In this document: in pieces, positions 30,201 to 43,048 of the stretch
Numbering within the stretch: position 1 is the stretch's first letter
Layout: each line of letters begins with the position of its first letter
Assembly (NCBI RefSeq): GCF_006345805.1
Contig: NC_043005.1
Span: 12,214,001-12,278,000, forward strand
Direction: 5' to 3'
DNA length: 64,000 nucleotides
Source: Octopus sinensis
Lineage: Eukaryota
The notes under the pieces: generated by a model
Seen by the model: only the letters and a program-made list of their open reading frames with translations
Told to the model about the DNA's origin: nothing
Database searches by the model: none
Position numbers and translations under genes: made by a program

Positions 30201-30593
30201 CTAGCAGTATCTCCTGGCGTTGCTCGGGTTTGTAAGGGAAATAACTCTATAAGCATTTTTAGAGATGTAAAGTATAATAGCCATCTCAATATGGCTAACC
30301 ACAAAGGGGGGGGGGTACTGTAGCCTTTTACGTTCTGAGATTTAATAATACATTTTTAAAGTGTTACTTCCCTTATATATGCCAAAAATGCATTAAAATG
30401 GGAAAAATTGAAGGTAATTTTTTTTTAAATCGTAGACTCATCGTAGACGCGCGCTAATACCCAGAAGGGCTCGATATGAATCACGACTATAAGATACCAG
30501 GTTTTGGTTAAACTGCACCGCAAAATGTGGGAGTAGTTAGGAATCTAAATCGTAGGAGACAGACAGCACACAACCTTACTTTTATATATAAAG
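30201..30593 (-). mobile_element. Non-autonomous Helitron, second copy
   Basis: Near-identical to 28431-28830; the 5' TC is not retained. Confidence 0.8.
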
Positions 30594-30944
30594 TTTCGTT
30601 GCAATCTCCTCTTCATAGATTACAAATGCACAGCCTTCGAAGTGTGATGTGATTTAACGGTCACAAAAGTGCAAGAGAGGCTGAGTTTCCCGTCTCAAGT
30701 CTTCGAGAATCATACCCGTGCATTTGTTTCTTGTTTTGGTATGCTGAACATTTCGCATTCAAGTCTTCTTTGAAACATGTTAATTTGACTGTTCTGGAGG
30801 TTAAATGGAAGATCATCAGGAAGAGAGTGCTTCTTGAGGAGTTCACTTCCAATATATAGGATATTACGGAGATGTACTTGCATAGCAAGTGACTTGATCT
30901 GAGATCGTGTGCTGGAACGAAAACAATTGCAGCGTCGAAGATGT

Positions 30945-31182
30945 TTATAAGCCATTTAAGAAGCACACAAAAAACCGTTGGATTCACTTCAACATTTAAA
31001 TTTAATTTGTCAAAATATTTTCGTCGCTTTGAGACCGCGACCTGTTCACTGACATAACTTTGTGCTGAAGTTTTGTCAGTGAACAGGTCGCGGTCTCAAA
31101 GCGACGAAAATATTTCGACAAATTAAATTTAAATGTTGAAGTGAATCTAACGGTTTTTGTGTGTTTCTGAAATGGCTTATAA
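30945..31182. repeat. Near-perfect palindrome (~115-bp arms, 7-nt loop), foldback MITE-like
   Basis: Left arm ttataagccattt...gacataactt, loop tgtgctg, right arm aagttttgtc...aaatggcttataa. Confidence 0.92.
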
Positions 31183-31254
31183 CCACCTGCCACGCTGCAA
31201 TATAGGATATTGTTTTCTTAACATTTTATCACTGATTTAATGTATTTATTTGTA

Positions 31255-32125
31255 TGCTTTTGTTTAGCAGGTGCTGTATGAGAGAGGCTATACAACATTT
31301 GGAGGCCGTCTATTCTGATCTCAAGCCTTTAGCTCCAAGGTCTCATCTTAGGTAGAACCTGACGATACCACTATTTCTGTGGAGATTTCTGGTTGATGTG
31401 AATAACTTGCCGAGATTAATGTTTATGGAGTGGTTGTCTCCTGCAGATCAGTCAATTATCCCAAGTGTTGGAATCAACATCGATAGTGCAAATGCATTGT
31501 GGGGTATCGTCTTGTTGTAAGAGGTGAGTTCTGACTGCTTTACTTTTCTAAGTGATGCCTAATATTTTCGGGTTCCTGTTTGTATTCACAGTTCTTTCAT
31601 ATGATATGTTTTCATGAATGCCTAAGTAATTGTTGCCTTCTTTGTGTGGGAGAGGAGAGATAATGGGACCATTGATGCACAGGTTTTCGGTCAGTAGGAC
31701 TAATGTTCCATGTTCAACCATCAATTATGGACATTTCTTTTGGGCAAATTCCCTTCCCATGTAAGCTGAAAATGCTGTTATTAATTCCAGCTGTTTTTTA
31801 GGCATTAATATTTTTAGCATATATCTTGAAATTATGGGTTACATTAAAATCTATAGCAGTTGCAAAATCTAGCATGTAGCCATTTTATTCTTGTAGCAGG
31901 AATGATAATGGATTTAATGTCAAAATGGACAGAATTACAGAAAGATTATCCTTTTGGAATAATCCCTTCTAAGTGTAACCGAAATCTTTGTGAGCTTCTC
32001 AATGGCAGCATTTAAGCTAGTAGGCGCTTTAGCTAAATGTAGACACTTAAGCAGCCATGATAGGGAAATGGGATTGACATATTTCTTATAATCAAGTTAT
32101 ATTGTTGAAAAGTTCTTACGATGTC
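31255..32125 (-). mobile_element. Degenerate R4/Dong-type reverse-transcriptase region (older family)
   Basis: LDYKK...SWLLKCL, KGLFQKDNLSV..LNPLSFLL, NYLGIHENI, SELTSYNK and VRFYLR.DLGAKGL; stops and frameshifts. Confidence 0.82.
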
Positions 32126-32164
32126 TTTTTTTTTTTTTTTCATTTCATGCAATATAAAAAATAG

Positions 32165-32467
32165 GGTAAAAATTCCCTTTGGTCATGAATGATCATGGGA
32201 TTGCACTTAAAAAGTTCCCCTCCGAGGTAAACGTCTGGGGGAAGGTTGCTTATACCTCCCCTCTCCTTGGCGTTATCCAAGGGTAAGACAAAGGCTGATA
32301 CAGCTTGGCATCAGTGTCGGTGCCAACTCATTTCTACAGGTGAGTAAACTGGAGTAACGTGAGATAAAGTGTCTTGCTCAAGAACACAACACGCATTCTG
32401 GAATTGAACTCACAATCTCATCATTGTAAGCCCGACGCTCTAACCACTGAGTCATGCGCCTTCACAC
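32165..32467 (-). mobile_element. tRNA-headed CORE-like SINE
   Basis: Minus strand gaaggcgcatgactcagtggttagagc...gagttcaattcc...cttgagcaagacacttt. Confidence 0.75.
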
Positions 32468-32513
32468 TTCATACAGTACTGTTTTGTTTATAAAATTTTG
32501 TTTGACATATCTC

Positions 32514-32514
<1 letters not shown>

Positions 32515-32545
<31 letters not shown>

Positions 32546-32700
32546 TGTATGTATGTATGTATGTATGTATGTATGTATGTATGTATGTATGTGTGTGTGT
32601 GTATGTATGTATGTATGTATGTATGTATGTATGTATGTGTGTGTGTATGTATGTATGTATGCATGTATGTATGTATGTATGTATGTGTGTGTATGTTTGA
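32515..32700. repeat. (TATG)n microsatellite
   Basis: Direct inspection. Confidence 0.96.
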
Positions 32701-33406
32701 TTATATATTCTTATATTTGTATCATTATGTATTTATATATATATCAAAATCTCACTTATCATCGAAGTACAAAAGATATTTGAAGTATACGACTATGTAA
32801 ATGAAAACAGACTATTATACGTTGCTTCAAAACATATCCTTGTGTAAATTACTGCTCATCTATAAATTTAGTAAAACAATTAATCACGGATGATGAAATG
32901 GGTAGGAAAACTGAAAATGCAGTACGTTATATGATAAAATAGATAATGGATTCGAGGCGGGTGTTAGGTAAACTACAAAGAAAAGATCAATTATTTAATC
33001 GTTGTGAGAACAATGGAATTTGTTAACGTATTTACTTGCCTCAAAAAACACTAGTAACGTTAGTGAATAAACGTGTCATATTTTCATCGAAACATGATAG
33101 AAAATTTGGCATATATTAAATGGAAGTTTAACAAGTGTAATCATTAAAAAAAGGAATGTGCTGTGTGAAGAGTTGTTAAGCGGTGTAATTCCTTAATTTT
33201 TACCTTTTTTATTTCTCTTTTTTATTCAGTTTGCACTTCTTTTATGCCAATGGGTAGCATAATTGCCAATGTTTGCGGTCCGATTCATCTGAGTCCGTCA
33301 CATTTGTCATCAACATGAAGCCATTAAGGCAATACCAGGTCAATTTTTATTCAACTCATCCAACAGATATGCATAATAATATATCTAATATGAACAACAT
33401 GAAATA

Positions 33407-33547
33407 TTAGGTTGTCCCAAAAGTTCGTAAACACTTGCGAAAATTGAATTTTTACTCGCCAAGTACTAACAAAAACAACTAAAATTACTCCTCAAAATAA
33501 AGACCATTATTTTCCAAGACTTTCTACGAACTTTTGGGACAACCTTA
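33407..33547 (-). mobile_element. Mariner-derived MITE (141 bp), TA TSD
   Basis: TIRs ttaggttgtcccaaaagttcgta / tacgaacttttgggacaacctta with TA on both flanks. The minus strand retains VLENNGLYFEE*. Confidence 0.85.
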
Positions 33548-34014
33548 TACAATAAATACAACGTGTTCATAGGTTGTTTTTGTTATCTTGTATAGTCAAG
33601 GTCTCTCCGATATCACAAACTTTTCTTTTATGGTGTGTATTTGGGTACATACATACTCCTGCACACACACACGCACCTTCTGCTGCAGAAATCGATGGTT
33701 CTCAAATCAAAAAGATTGCAAACATGGTCATCGACGTATGACAGAAGAAGCCCCTTGCTCCTTTATTCCAACGAGAGCACATAACTCAAGAAAGCCAGTA
33801 CTTTCACGTATCTGGGTGGAAAGGCGGGTTCTGTGCTGCTTCGGGTAAAGAAAGGTTTCTTACACGCAAAGAACAAGCCTTAGATTGTTGTAACAAGCTT
33901 CAAAACACCCAGCAATCAAGTATTTCAAAGACAACAAGGATTATATTCTTCACTGTGAAGCCAAAACCGGAGCAGGGAGCTTCAATATTGTCTTAATGGT
34001 ACGGTACATTCACT

Positions 34015-34235
34015 AAGGCGGTGAGCTGGCAGAAACTTTAGCACGCCGGGCAAAATGCGTAGCCGTATTTCGTCTGCCGTTACGTTCTGAGTTCTAATTC
34101 CGCCGAGGTCGACTTTGCCTTTCATCCTTTCGGGGTCGATAAATTAAGTACCAGTTACGCACTGGGGTCGATGTAATCGACTTAATCCGTTTGTCTGTTC
34201 TTGTATGTCCTCTCTGTGGGTAGTAAAGGAATAGG
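34015..34235 (+). mobile_element. SINE family B
   Basis: Matches the other B copies. Confidence 0.85.
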
Positions 34236-34244
34236 TACGGTACA

Positions 34245-34420
34245 TACACTAGACTTCTTTTGATGACCCCAAAAAAGTTATGGCACAAGTACAAAACCGG
34301 AAGGAATGATTTAAGGAAACATTCTACTCATCTCTATGATAGTTGCTCAAAGCAAGGTAGGCTTTGCTGGCCACTGCTACCGTGCTGTACAACCGAAATT
34401 ACATTTTTGAGATTTCTACT
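34245..34420 (+). mobile_element. RTE-like LINE fragment
   Basis: TYTRLL and GFAGHCYRA, similar to the RTE at 51.5 kb. Confidence 0.5.
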
Positions 34421-35054
34421 TCCTAATAGAAGTCGTATACGACTCAGTGTACAGACACACTGCACGGGTTTGTGGCTGTGCCAAAGCTAACAGATTTCTG
34501 GCAGGCATTGTAAAAAGCAACTCCGTTGTAGTAGCTTAAACGAGTCTTCGATTCTTCAGTAACATAAAGAATATAGTCTGATTAATAAACATTACTGCCA
34601 GTAATACCAACAATCTTTGTTACCAAATTAAAAGAAAGATCGTATACAGCCTCCAGATATGTAGAATCAGTAGATAAGTTCTCTCAAATCAGACCCAGTC
34701 GTATTTAAAAGCTTTCCAAATTAAAAAGAAATATGAAAGAAGATGGCTTTTAGTAAATATATGCCTACACTGTCCAGTATGCATTTTATGGAGGATACAA
34801 AACGCATAATGTTATAAAACTGCAGGATATTTACGTCTGGAACGTTTTTGATTATACACTGAAGCGCAAAAGAAATGTGAGACGTGTATGACTGTGTAAT
34901 ATGTTTTAACTTCATTATGTCAGAGATAAATTTTGATAAATCTGATAAAATCGATTTCTTGAATGCACTTTGACCACAGTCTTTGCGCTGTTGTCATATG
35001 TTCTGGTAGTGGGAGGATCCAGCACATCGATATTGTAGGGCGTGAAATGTTCAA

Positions 35055-35440
35055 TACTGTACATGCCCTCCCTGGCTGTTGAAAACGGCTATACACCGTC
35101 GGTACATGGAGGGCATGAGGCGGTTCACAAAAGACATTGGCACCTCCTGTGCTCACACCCTGGGGAAAGCTACCTCCAGTTCCACACGAGTTATCGGCCT
35201 TGGGACCACCTGGTTCAGCCGTTTCTGGATTTCATCCCACAAGTGTTCAAATGGGTTCATATCTGGGCTGAGAAATGGCCACAGCATGGTTCTGGTGGCC
35301 GTGTGGGAGGGAGCATTGTCCTGCTGGAACACATGGCTATAGTGAAGCGCGAAGAAGGACACGATGTGAGCTCATAGGATCTGGCCAACGCAGCGCTGCG
35401 CTGTGATGCCATTCCCTCTACCTGCACCAACATTTTGGAA
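35055..35440 (-). mobile_element. Tc1-like transposase C-terminal remnant
   Basis: TAQRC..IL, VFQQDNAPSHTA, WPFLSPDMNPFEHLWD and SMYRRCIAV...GG. Confidence 0.88.
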
Positions 35441-36329
35441 CACATGCGGTTAAATTCTCTGATTCAGGCCTATAGCACTTCAAACCGTGCTTTGACTACC
35501 CCACGCATATCTCTCCATGACACATGCGTCTCACCCTCACTCTTCTATCCGAGACGACTATCAGAGACGACTATCGACCTCCATTGTTCTTTTCTACTTT
35601 TCTACTCTAGGCACAAGGCCTGAAAATTTTAGATCAACCCCAGAACGCAACTGGGACTTAATTTATCGACCCCGAATTACTGGCCTTGTGCCAAAATGGG
35701 AAATCTGTAGTTTATGTATCTCTGTAAACGTCATTCTGTAATAACATATTGTGAATATATTTATCTTCATAATGGTGCTTCCATTTTCGGAGATGGAAAA
35801 AAAATGTATTTAATTTAACCGAATCTATCAAGTCCATAATATGTCTGAATCTTCTATTACATAATTTCGTTGAAAATAAAAATCATGAAGAATCACGAGA
35901 AATTTGAAGGAAAAGCTTGCATGATAAAAATCAAAATGAAAACACTTAATAGAATTAGAGAAGAAATTTTTGCATAATGGAAATATAAAAAAAAATACTT
36001 GACAGGTTAATATACTTGTCATGAAACATCACAACCATCGACATTTTACCGTAGCATAAATGTAATAAATTTATTTATATTAGTAATATTTGATTTACTA
36101 TATGCGTGAGAAAACATATCCTTAATTTTGACAACTGAAAGGAAATGGAAGTGGTTACCAGCTTCTATATCCGCATTACAAATTAACTAGGAACGTGGTA
36201 GAGTACAGTATACAGCTCGTTCACCTTCAGAATTGCCCAGTACTATAGGTGGGCTATTATGAAAGTGGACGAGCTTCTTCAAATTATTCAATTATATATA
36301 TGTATAATTCTTCGTGCATGCATATACTA

Positions 36330-36713
36330 TTTTACTTGTTTCAGTCATTTGACTGCTGCCATGCTGGAGCACCGCCTTTAATCGAGCAACTCGACCCCCA
36401 GGACTTATTCTTTTGTAAGCCCAGTACTTATTCTATCGGTCTCTTTTGCCGAACCGCTAAGTAACGGGGACATAAACACACCAGCATCGGTTGTCAAGCA
36501 ATGCTAGGGGGACAAACACAGACACACAAACACACACACATATATACATATATACGACGGGCTTCTTTCAGTTTCCGTCTACTAATTCCACTCACAAGGC
36601 TTTGGTCGGCCCGAGGCTATAGTAGAAGACACTTGCTCAAGGTGCCACGCAGTGAGACTGAACCCGGAACCATGTGGTTGTTTAGCAAGCTACTTACCAC
36701 ACAGCCACTCCTG
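36330..36713 (-). mobile_element. SINE family A, full length
   Basis: Reverse complement of family A. Confidence 0.88.
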
Positions 36714-36744
36714 TATATATATATATGTATATATATATACAAAT

Positions 36745-37530
36745 TTTCGAAGATGGCTTGCCGAATGCAGACCACTTCAAGATCAGTGAAATACTGAATG
36801 TGCAATACAAAACAGCAGTACTTTGGGCCAAAGGAGTGGCAATTCAAGAATCAGGTACAGTGCGTGATCTCGGGAATTATATGAGCAACCAAAATGGTAG
36901 CAGTGTACAGGCAAATGGCAGGATGAATTCTGAGAACCTTCAGAACAAGGGACCAGGAAACTATGTTGATACTATGGAGGATATTTGTTCTCAGCTACCT
37001 GGACTATTGCTCTCACATGTGGTCACCCTACATTGTCAGATTAATAGCGGGAGATTGCATCAATGGAAAAGTTGAGCTACTGGGAGAAACTGAAAGGTAT
37101 ACGAGTCTACTCCCTGGAGCGAAGACGAGAAAGGCATGAAGTGATATGTGAATAAAAGGTCATGGAGTGGCTTGCACATATCTTTGGAATGGAGAACTAT
37201 ACGAGACCCCGAATTGGACGCCACTACACTGTTCCAAGTACGCCAAATATTCCATCTAGAGTGAGGATAATGTACTGCAATGATTTGGGATTCAATGACC
37301 AAAACCAAAATACCTGGAGTAGGGGTAGATTTGTAAGAAGAAACAATTTGACTGCTTGTTGTCTAAGGTCCCCAATGAACTCATCAAGGCAGGGGACTGA
37401 AAATAGGGCAGAAGTGTTGAACTCCCACGTTCACCAAACGCCAATCAAATACAGTTGGCCGTTAAGATAATTAAACCATTGGTGCTCCAGCATGGTCACA
37501 GTATTGGTGCTAAGACGTGTAGAGGAAAAA
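36745..37530 (+). mobile_element. CR1/L2-type LINE 3' fragment
   Basis: VRDLG, ILRTFRTR, LDYCSHMWSP, LSYWEKLK...YSLERRRER, NSHVHQ; 3' UTR ggtgctccagcatggtcacag. Confidence 0.85.
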
Positions 37531-37536
37531 ATGCTT

Positions 37537-37622
<86 letters not shown>
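37537..37622. repeat. (ATAG)n microsatellite
   Basis: Direct inspection. Confidence 0.97.
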
Positions 37623-37624
<2 letters not shown>

Positions 37625-37910
37625 GATATAATCATAGTTTAGATTTAAATGGAAAATTATAACTTAAACTGCGTTCTGGGTATTCCCTAGTAGTATGCCG
37701 GCAAAGCACGCTTATTGCTTATGGCTACCTGGCGTTATTCGCGATTGTTACACAATCGTCTACTGTTCTACATTATGAAGTCTACAGTGTACGTTGAGTA
37801 TAGAAGAAACAATTGATAAATATTTTCCGTATCAATTGCTTCTAACCTATATATATATATACATACATATGCACGCAAATACATATATATATAATACACA
37901 CACACGCACA

Positions 37911-37982
<72 letters not shown>

Positions 37983-37999
37983 TAAGTGTATGTATGCAT

Positions 38000-38074
<75 letters not shown>

Positions 38075-38355
38075 GTGTATGTATGCATATGTATGTATAC
38101 TTGTGTGTGTGTGTGTGTAAGGAATTCTTGTATACTGTATGTTCGCATGCTGAAGCTTAGAGGAGAAATGTACTTAAGATTAGATTGTCATAGGAATTCT
38201 TGTCACAAATACAATCAATGTTTCCAGCAAGAATTGAAGTGTACGGAACATACAGCTCTTCTCACTTCCAAGAATACATTGTATAGATGGATTGTTTATA
38301 ATCTCTGTAACGCAAAATTCTGGCTAATTACTCTAGAAATAAGTTGCATGATATG

Positions 38356-38392
<37 letters not shown>

Positions 38393-38400
38393 CAATATGT

Positions 38401-38613
38401 GACCTCGTGAGTACCGCTGCCGATTTTTTTTCCTCTGTCTCCCTTCTCGGGATCTTTCCTTCTCCTAGTTTTCCGACGAAGAGCTCCGCTCGAAACTTTA
38501 AACCCTCCTTCTTCCCTTCTATCCTCAGCGTCCAATAATACTTTATTTGTTCCACGTCCTCGTGTTGCTGTGTTTTTTGTTTTTTTTTTTGTGTTTTCTT
38601 GTTTGGATTAACT
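38401..38613 (+). mobile_element. ~200-bp (TA)n-flanked element with a degenerate hammerhead-like motif (Penelope pLTR-like)
   Basis: Homologous to 61051-61250; motif ccgacga-a-gagc-tcc-gctc-gaaac at 38473-38496. Confidence 0.65.
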
Positions 38614-38636
38614 TTATATATATATATATATATATA

Positions 38637-38677
<41 letters not shown>

Positions 38678-39644
38678 CACATACAATAACACAAATACAC
38701 CCACATATTTAGCTAAAAGTATCAATACTAAAAATATGGAGACATGGAGTAATTGAAAAGAGAAAAACAGAGAGGAAGAGGTGAAGATAGACAACGGAAA
38801 AGGTATGAATGTGAATACACATTTATCAAACAAATAGAAGATGTAGCAGGAAAGGCAACATTGACTTAAGTGTATGTTTGACGAATAAAGGGAGATGAAA
38901 GGAAAACGTTTCGCACGGAGTTTTCGAAAGACAAATGCTAAGAGCAAACCTTAATAAATCAAAAATTGACAGAAAGTAGCAGCATAGGGAATGTGGGTGT
39001 AGGCGACATCATGAATTATTTACTGTGCGAATACAGGAAGGATACAAATTGAATAGGGTACATGATATGACAGGTAAAGAAAGGAAGAATGCTGAAAGAA
39101 TACGACATGCAGAAAATTTGGTACCAACATCAGTCAGAAGATATAATAGAATATGACTGGTGTAAGGTCCTGTGGGACATCGCTGTGAAGTTTGCCAATG
39201 TAATAAATACAAGTAAAACTGATAGGATATGGAATATGAAATAAATACAACAGTATTAGATAAAATAAAAAAGTATGTTGTAAAGGAGAAAAGAACAAAT
39301 AGAAAAGAAATGATGTCGAAGAAGCTTTTTCTTAGTAAGAGAATTGTTAATTCTGGAGTATCGCTTGTAAAACTGTCGCCGTTGTCATAGGCACCCTCAG
39401 ATCTTCATCAAAACAATAGATTGACATACACTGGAATTAAAAAAACAGCAAAAATAAAAACAACAACAACAACAGTAACAACAACAACAATAAAAACATT
39501 TATGATAATAATAATAGTAACAACAATAATAATAACAACAACAACAATAATAATAATAGTAATAATAATAATAATAGTAATAATAATAGTAATAATAATA
39601 ATAATAATAATAATATAATAATAATAATAATAATAGTAATAATA

Positions 39645-39675
<31 letters not shown>

Positions 39676-39847
39676 TGATGATGATTTCATTTATTTGCCG
39701 CAAGGGTGAAGTATGAGGGTGACAATACAAAGACAGGCTTAAAGTGCGGTGGTTTACATATAATGAAATGATAAAGAAAGGAAAGAAAGAAAGAAAGAAA
39801 GAAATTAAGTATGCTCGCTATATACTGAAACAAAATAATAATGATAC

Positions 39848-39997
39848 GAAGAAGAAGAAGAAGAAGAAGAAGAAGAAGAAGAAGAAGAAGAAGAAGAAGA
39901 AGAAGAAGAAGAAGAAGAAGAAGAAGAAGAAGAAGAAGAAGAAGAAGAAGAAGAAGAAGAAGAAGAAGAAGAAGAAGAAGAAGAAGAAGAAGAAGAA
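39848..39997. repeat. Pure (GAA)50 microsatellite
   Basis: 150-nt uninterrupted GAA array. Confidence 0.98.
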
Positions 39998-40100
39998 TGG
40001 TGGTGATGATGATGATGACGATGAAGAGTAGGAGGACGAGGAAGAGGATAAAGCCTACGGCAAATGCGAAACTAGGAATTCTAACAAAACCTGAGTTAGA

Positions 40101-40188
<88 letters not shown>

Positions 40189-40189
40189 T

Positions 40190-40667
40190 TTTTTCTTGGT
40201 ATAAAAGATGGGCTACAGCAAATATTCTGCTCAATACCACAGATTTGCTTGTCAGTTGTTTGACCTTAACCAGTTGAGCATGTCCCTTAGTGGCTGACGA
40301 TATGTGCATATCTGATCACGAGCAGAAGTAGTGGGGGAGCGTCATAGCCATGTGTTGAGAGGGATTCTTTGGGGTTTGAATAATTCACCTCTGGAAACAT
40401 GGGTGGTTCTTTCAACATTCTTAAACAACCCTTATTCAGGGACCTTTTGAGCAGGATGGGCTACTCAACCTGAAGAAAAGTCTATCTGGGCCCCACCTGC
40501 AAGGTGATGTGCTGTTTATCCGTATATGAGATCACCATGTCGCGCACATATGGTTGTGATGCATGTGCCTGGTGTACCCTTATCAGACGGGTAGTCATGA
40601 TGGGTATATTGGGCTTCGTATATTTTACCCCAGTGTCACTTTGATGGCATGAACTGCTCTCTCACTC
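40190..40667 (+). mobile_element. Element D, near full length, between (AAT)n arrays
   Basis: Preceded by (AAT)n at 40100-40186; ends ctcactc(aat)n. Confidence 0.82.
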
Positions 40668-40744
40668 AATAATTATAATAATAATATAATAATAATAATA
40701 ATAAATAATAATAATAATAATATAATAATAATAATAAAATAATA

Positions 40745-40776
<32 letters not shown>

Positions 40777-40935
40777 AATGACGATGATGGATTTAAATTT
40801 TGGCATAAGGATAGTGATTTCGAGGAGGTGGGTAAGTCGCCTTCATTGACCCATTCAGCAACTGGTACTTATTTTATTGCGCCGAAAGAATGGAAAGCGA
40901 AGTGAAACGTAAGGACATTTGAACCCATAAAGAAC

Positions 40936-41062
40936 CCGGAGCCTCGTGGAGCTTTAGGTGTTTTCGCTCAATAAACACTCACAACGCCCGGTCTGGGAAT
41001 CGAAACCGCGATCCTACGACCGCGAGTCCGCTGCCCTAACCACTGGGCCATTGCGCCTCCAC
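40936..41062 (-). mobile_element. SINE family C 5' fragment
   Basis: Reverse complement of the head of 42669-43048. Confidence 0.8.
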
Positions 41063-41391
41063 TCACCGATGAAGCTTAATGGAGAGCCGTTTAGCCGTCA
41101 AGAGATGACCATGCAACAAATTGTGCTAGATTCCATGTTACCACTAGCACTCATGAGAAAATACACAAGTGAGGTGACAGAGTCTTCACACGTGACCTGA
41201 CTGCGCATCATTAGCTGCAGAATCCGTAGACTTCCACTGAGCGAGTGGTAAACGTTCAGACGTGAGTAACGTGCCATAAGCTAGGTAAGATTAAACAACC
41301 TCACACATTTGACTGCCAACCACTATTTCTATTGTGTATGTAACCTTTATATTATTTGTACATGTCGAGACAAAACAACCTTTAAGAATAT

Positions 41392-41562
41392 AGGCGCAGA
41401 AGTGGCTGTGTGGTAAGTAGCTTGCTAAACAACTACATGGTTCCGGGTTCAGTCCCACTGCGTGGCATCTTGGGCAAGTGTCTTCTGCTATAGCCCCGGG
41501 CCGACCAATGCCTTGTGAGTGGATTTGGTAGACGGAAACTGAAAGAAGCCTGTCGTATATAT

Positions 41563-41600
<38 letters not shown>

Positions 41601-41811
41601 TTGTGTGTCTGTGTTTATCCCTCTAGCATTGCTTGACAACCGATGCTGGTGTGTTTACGTCCCCGTCACTTAGCGGTTCGGCAAAAGAGCTTGATAGAAT
41701 AAGTACTGGGCTTACAAAGAATAAGTCCCGGGGTCGATTTGCTCGACTAAAGGCGGTGCTCCAGCATGGCCGCAGTCAAATGACTGAAACAAGTAAAAGA
41801 GTAAAGAGTAA
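41392..41811 (+). mobile_element. SINE family A, full length
   Basis: Very similar to 4488-4897. Confidence 0.9.
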
Positions 41812-42299
41812 ATATATGCTTCGAAATTATCATGATAATTTGGTTTTATTCTATGTACGTGTTGTCAAGGACTTATCACCGTAAGTTTTAAATTTCCATC
41901 GCCGCCGTGCCAGGGCATTGGAATACTTTTCCATATCTTTTTGTCAACCATGCACTTCCTTCTCTACAGAGTACTTTTTCGTCTTCGTGACGATAATTTT
42001 CTACATCTTAGAGGCTCAACAATGTCTTCGTATTCAACATGATATGTTGATGTAATTAGTTGAATATTAAGAAGTCTTTGGCCGCAGAGAAGTATGAGGA
42101 AAGATTCGCCTCCCAAGGATTGTTTTCTGTTGCTGCTGTCTACCACACCTCTCCCTCTTCTCCCCATCACTCTGATCCGATGGGATCTTGACACAGAGTG
42201 CGATAATCCTGAACAAATTCCATGAGTGCCAAGTAGAAAATACTTTTTTTAAAGGACTTTCTTAGCAAATGATTATATATATATATATATATATATGTG

Positions 42300-42339
<40 letters not shown>

Positions 42340-42340
42340 C

Positions 42341-42438
<98 letters not shown>

Positions 42439-42668
42439 GCTATATAACCCAACAAATCTAGACATCAATATCTAAGCATTATCCAACTTAATTATGTTAC
42501 CTGTGAAAAAGAAATCATACAATACCAATGCAAGCGATTCCTACAAACTATAAATTCGCAAACACCTTTCACTTTACGAGAATGAAGGACAATTTTGAAT
42601 AACAAGACTAAAATATAAGAAATTCCCAATCGAGTATATTATACGTATATTGATATTATCAGCTGCCG

Positions 42669-43048
42669 AGGCGCAATGGCCCAGTGGTTAGGGCAGCGGA
42701 CTCGCGGTCATAGGATCGCGGTTTCGATTCCCAGACCGGGTGTTGTGAGTGTTTATTGAGCGAAAACACCTAAAGCTCCACGAGGCTCCGGCAAGGGATG
42801 GTGGTGATCCCTGCTGTACTCTTTCACCACAACTTTCTCTCACTCTTACTTCCTGTTTCTGTTGTACATGTATTTCAATGGGCCGGCATTGTCACTCTCT
42901 GTGTCACGCTGAAAATCCCCGAGAACTACGTTAAGGGTGCACGTGTCTGTGGAGTGCTCAGTCGCTTACACGTTAATTTCACGAGCAGGCTGTTCCGTTG
43001 ATTCGGATCAACCGGAACCCTCATCGTCGTAACCGACGGAGTGCTTCC
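42669..43048 (+). mobile_element. SINE family C (tRNA-Arg-like head), full length with a 14-bp TSD
   Basis: A-box tggcccagtgg and B-box gtttcgattcc. The TSD attatcagctgccg lies at 42655-42668 and 43049-43062. Confidence 0.9.

Noticed and set aside
39015-39220. VPTSVRRYNKNMTGV resembling piggyBac YNxxMGGVD
   Set aside because: A single short motif with the catalytic Asp absent and no TTAA or TIR seen.
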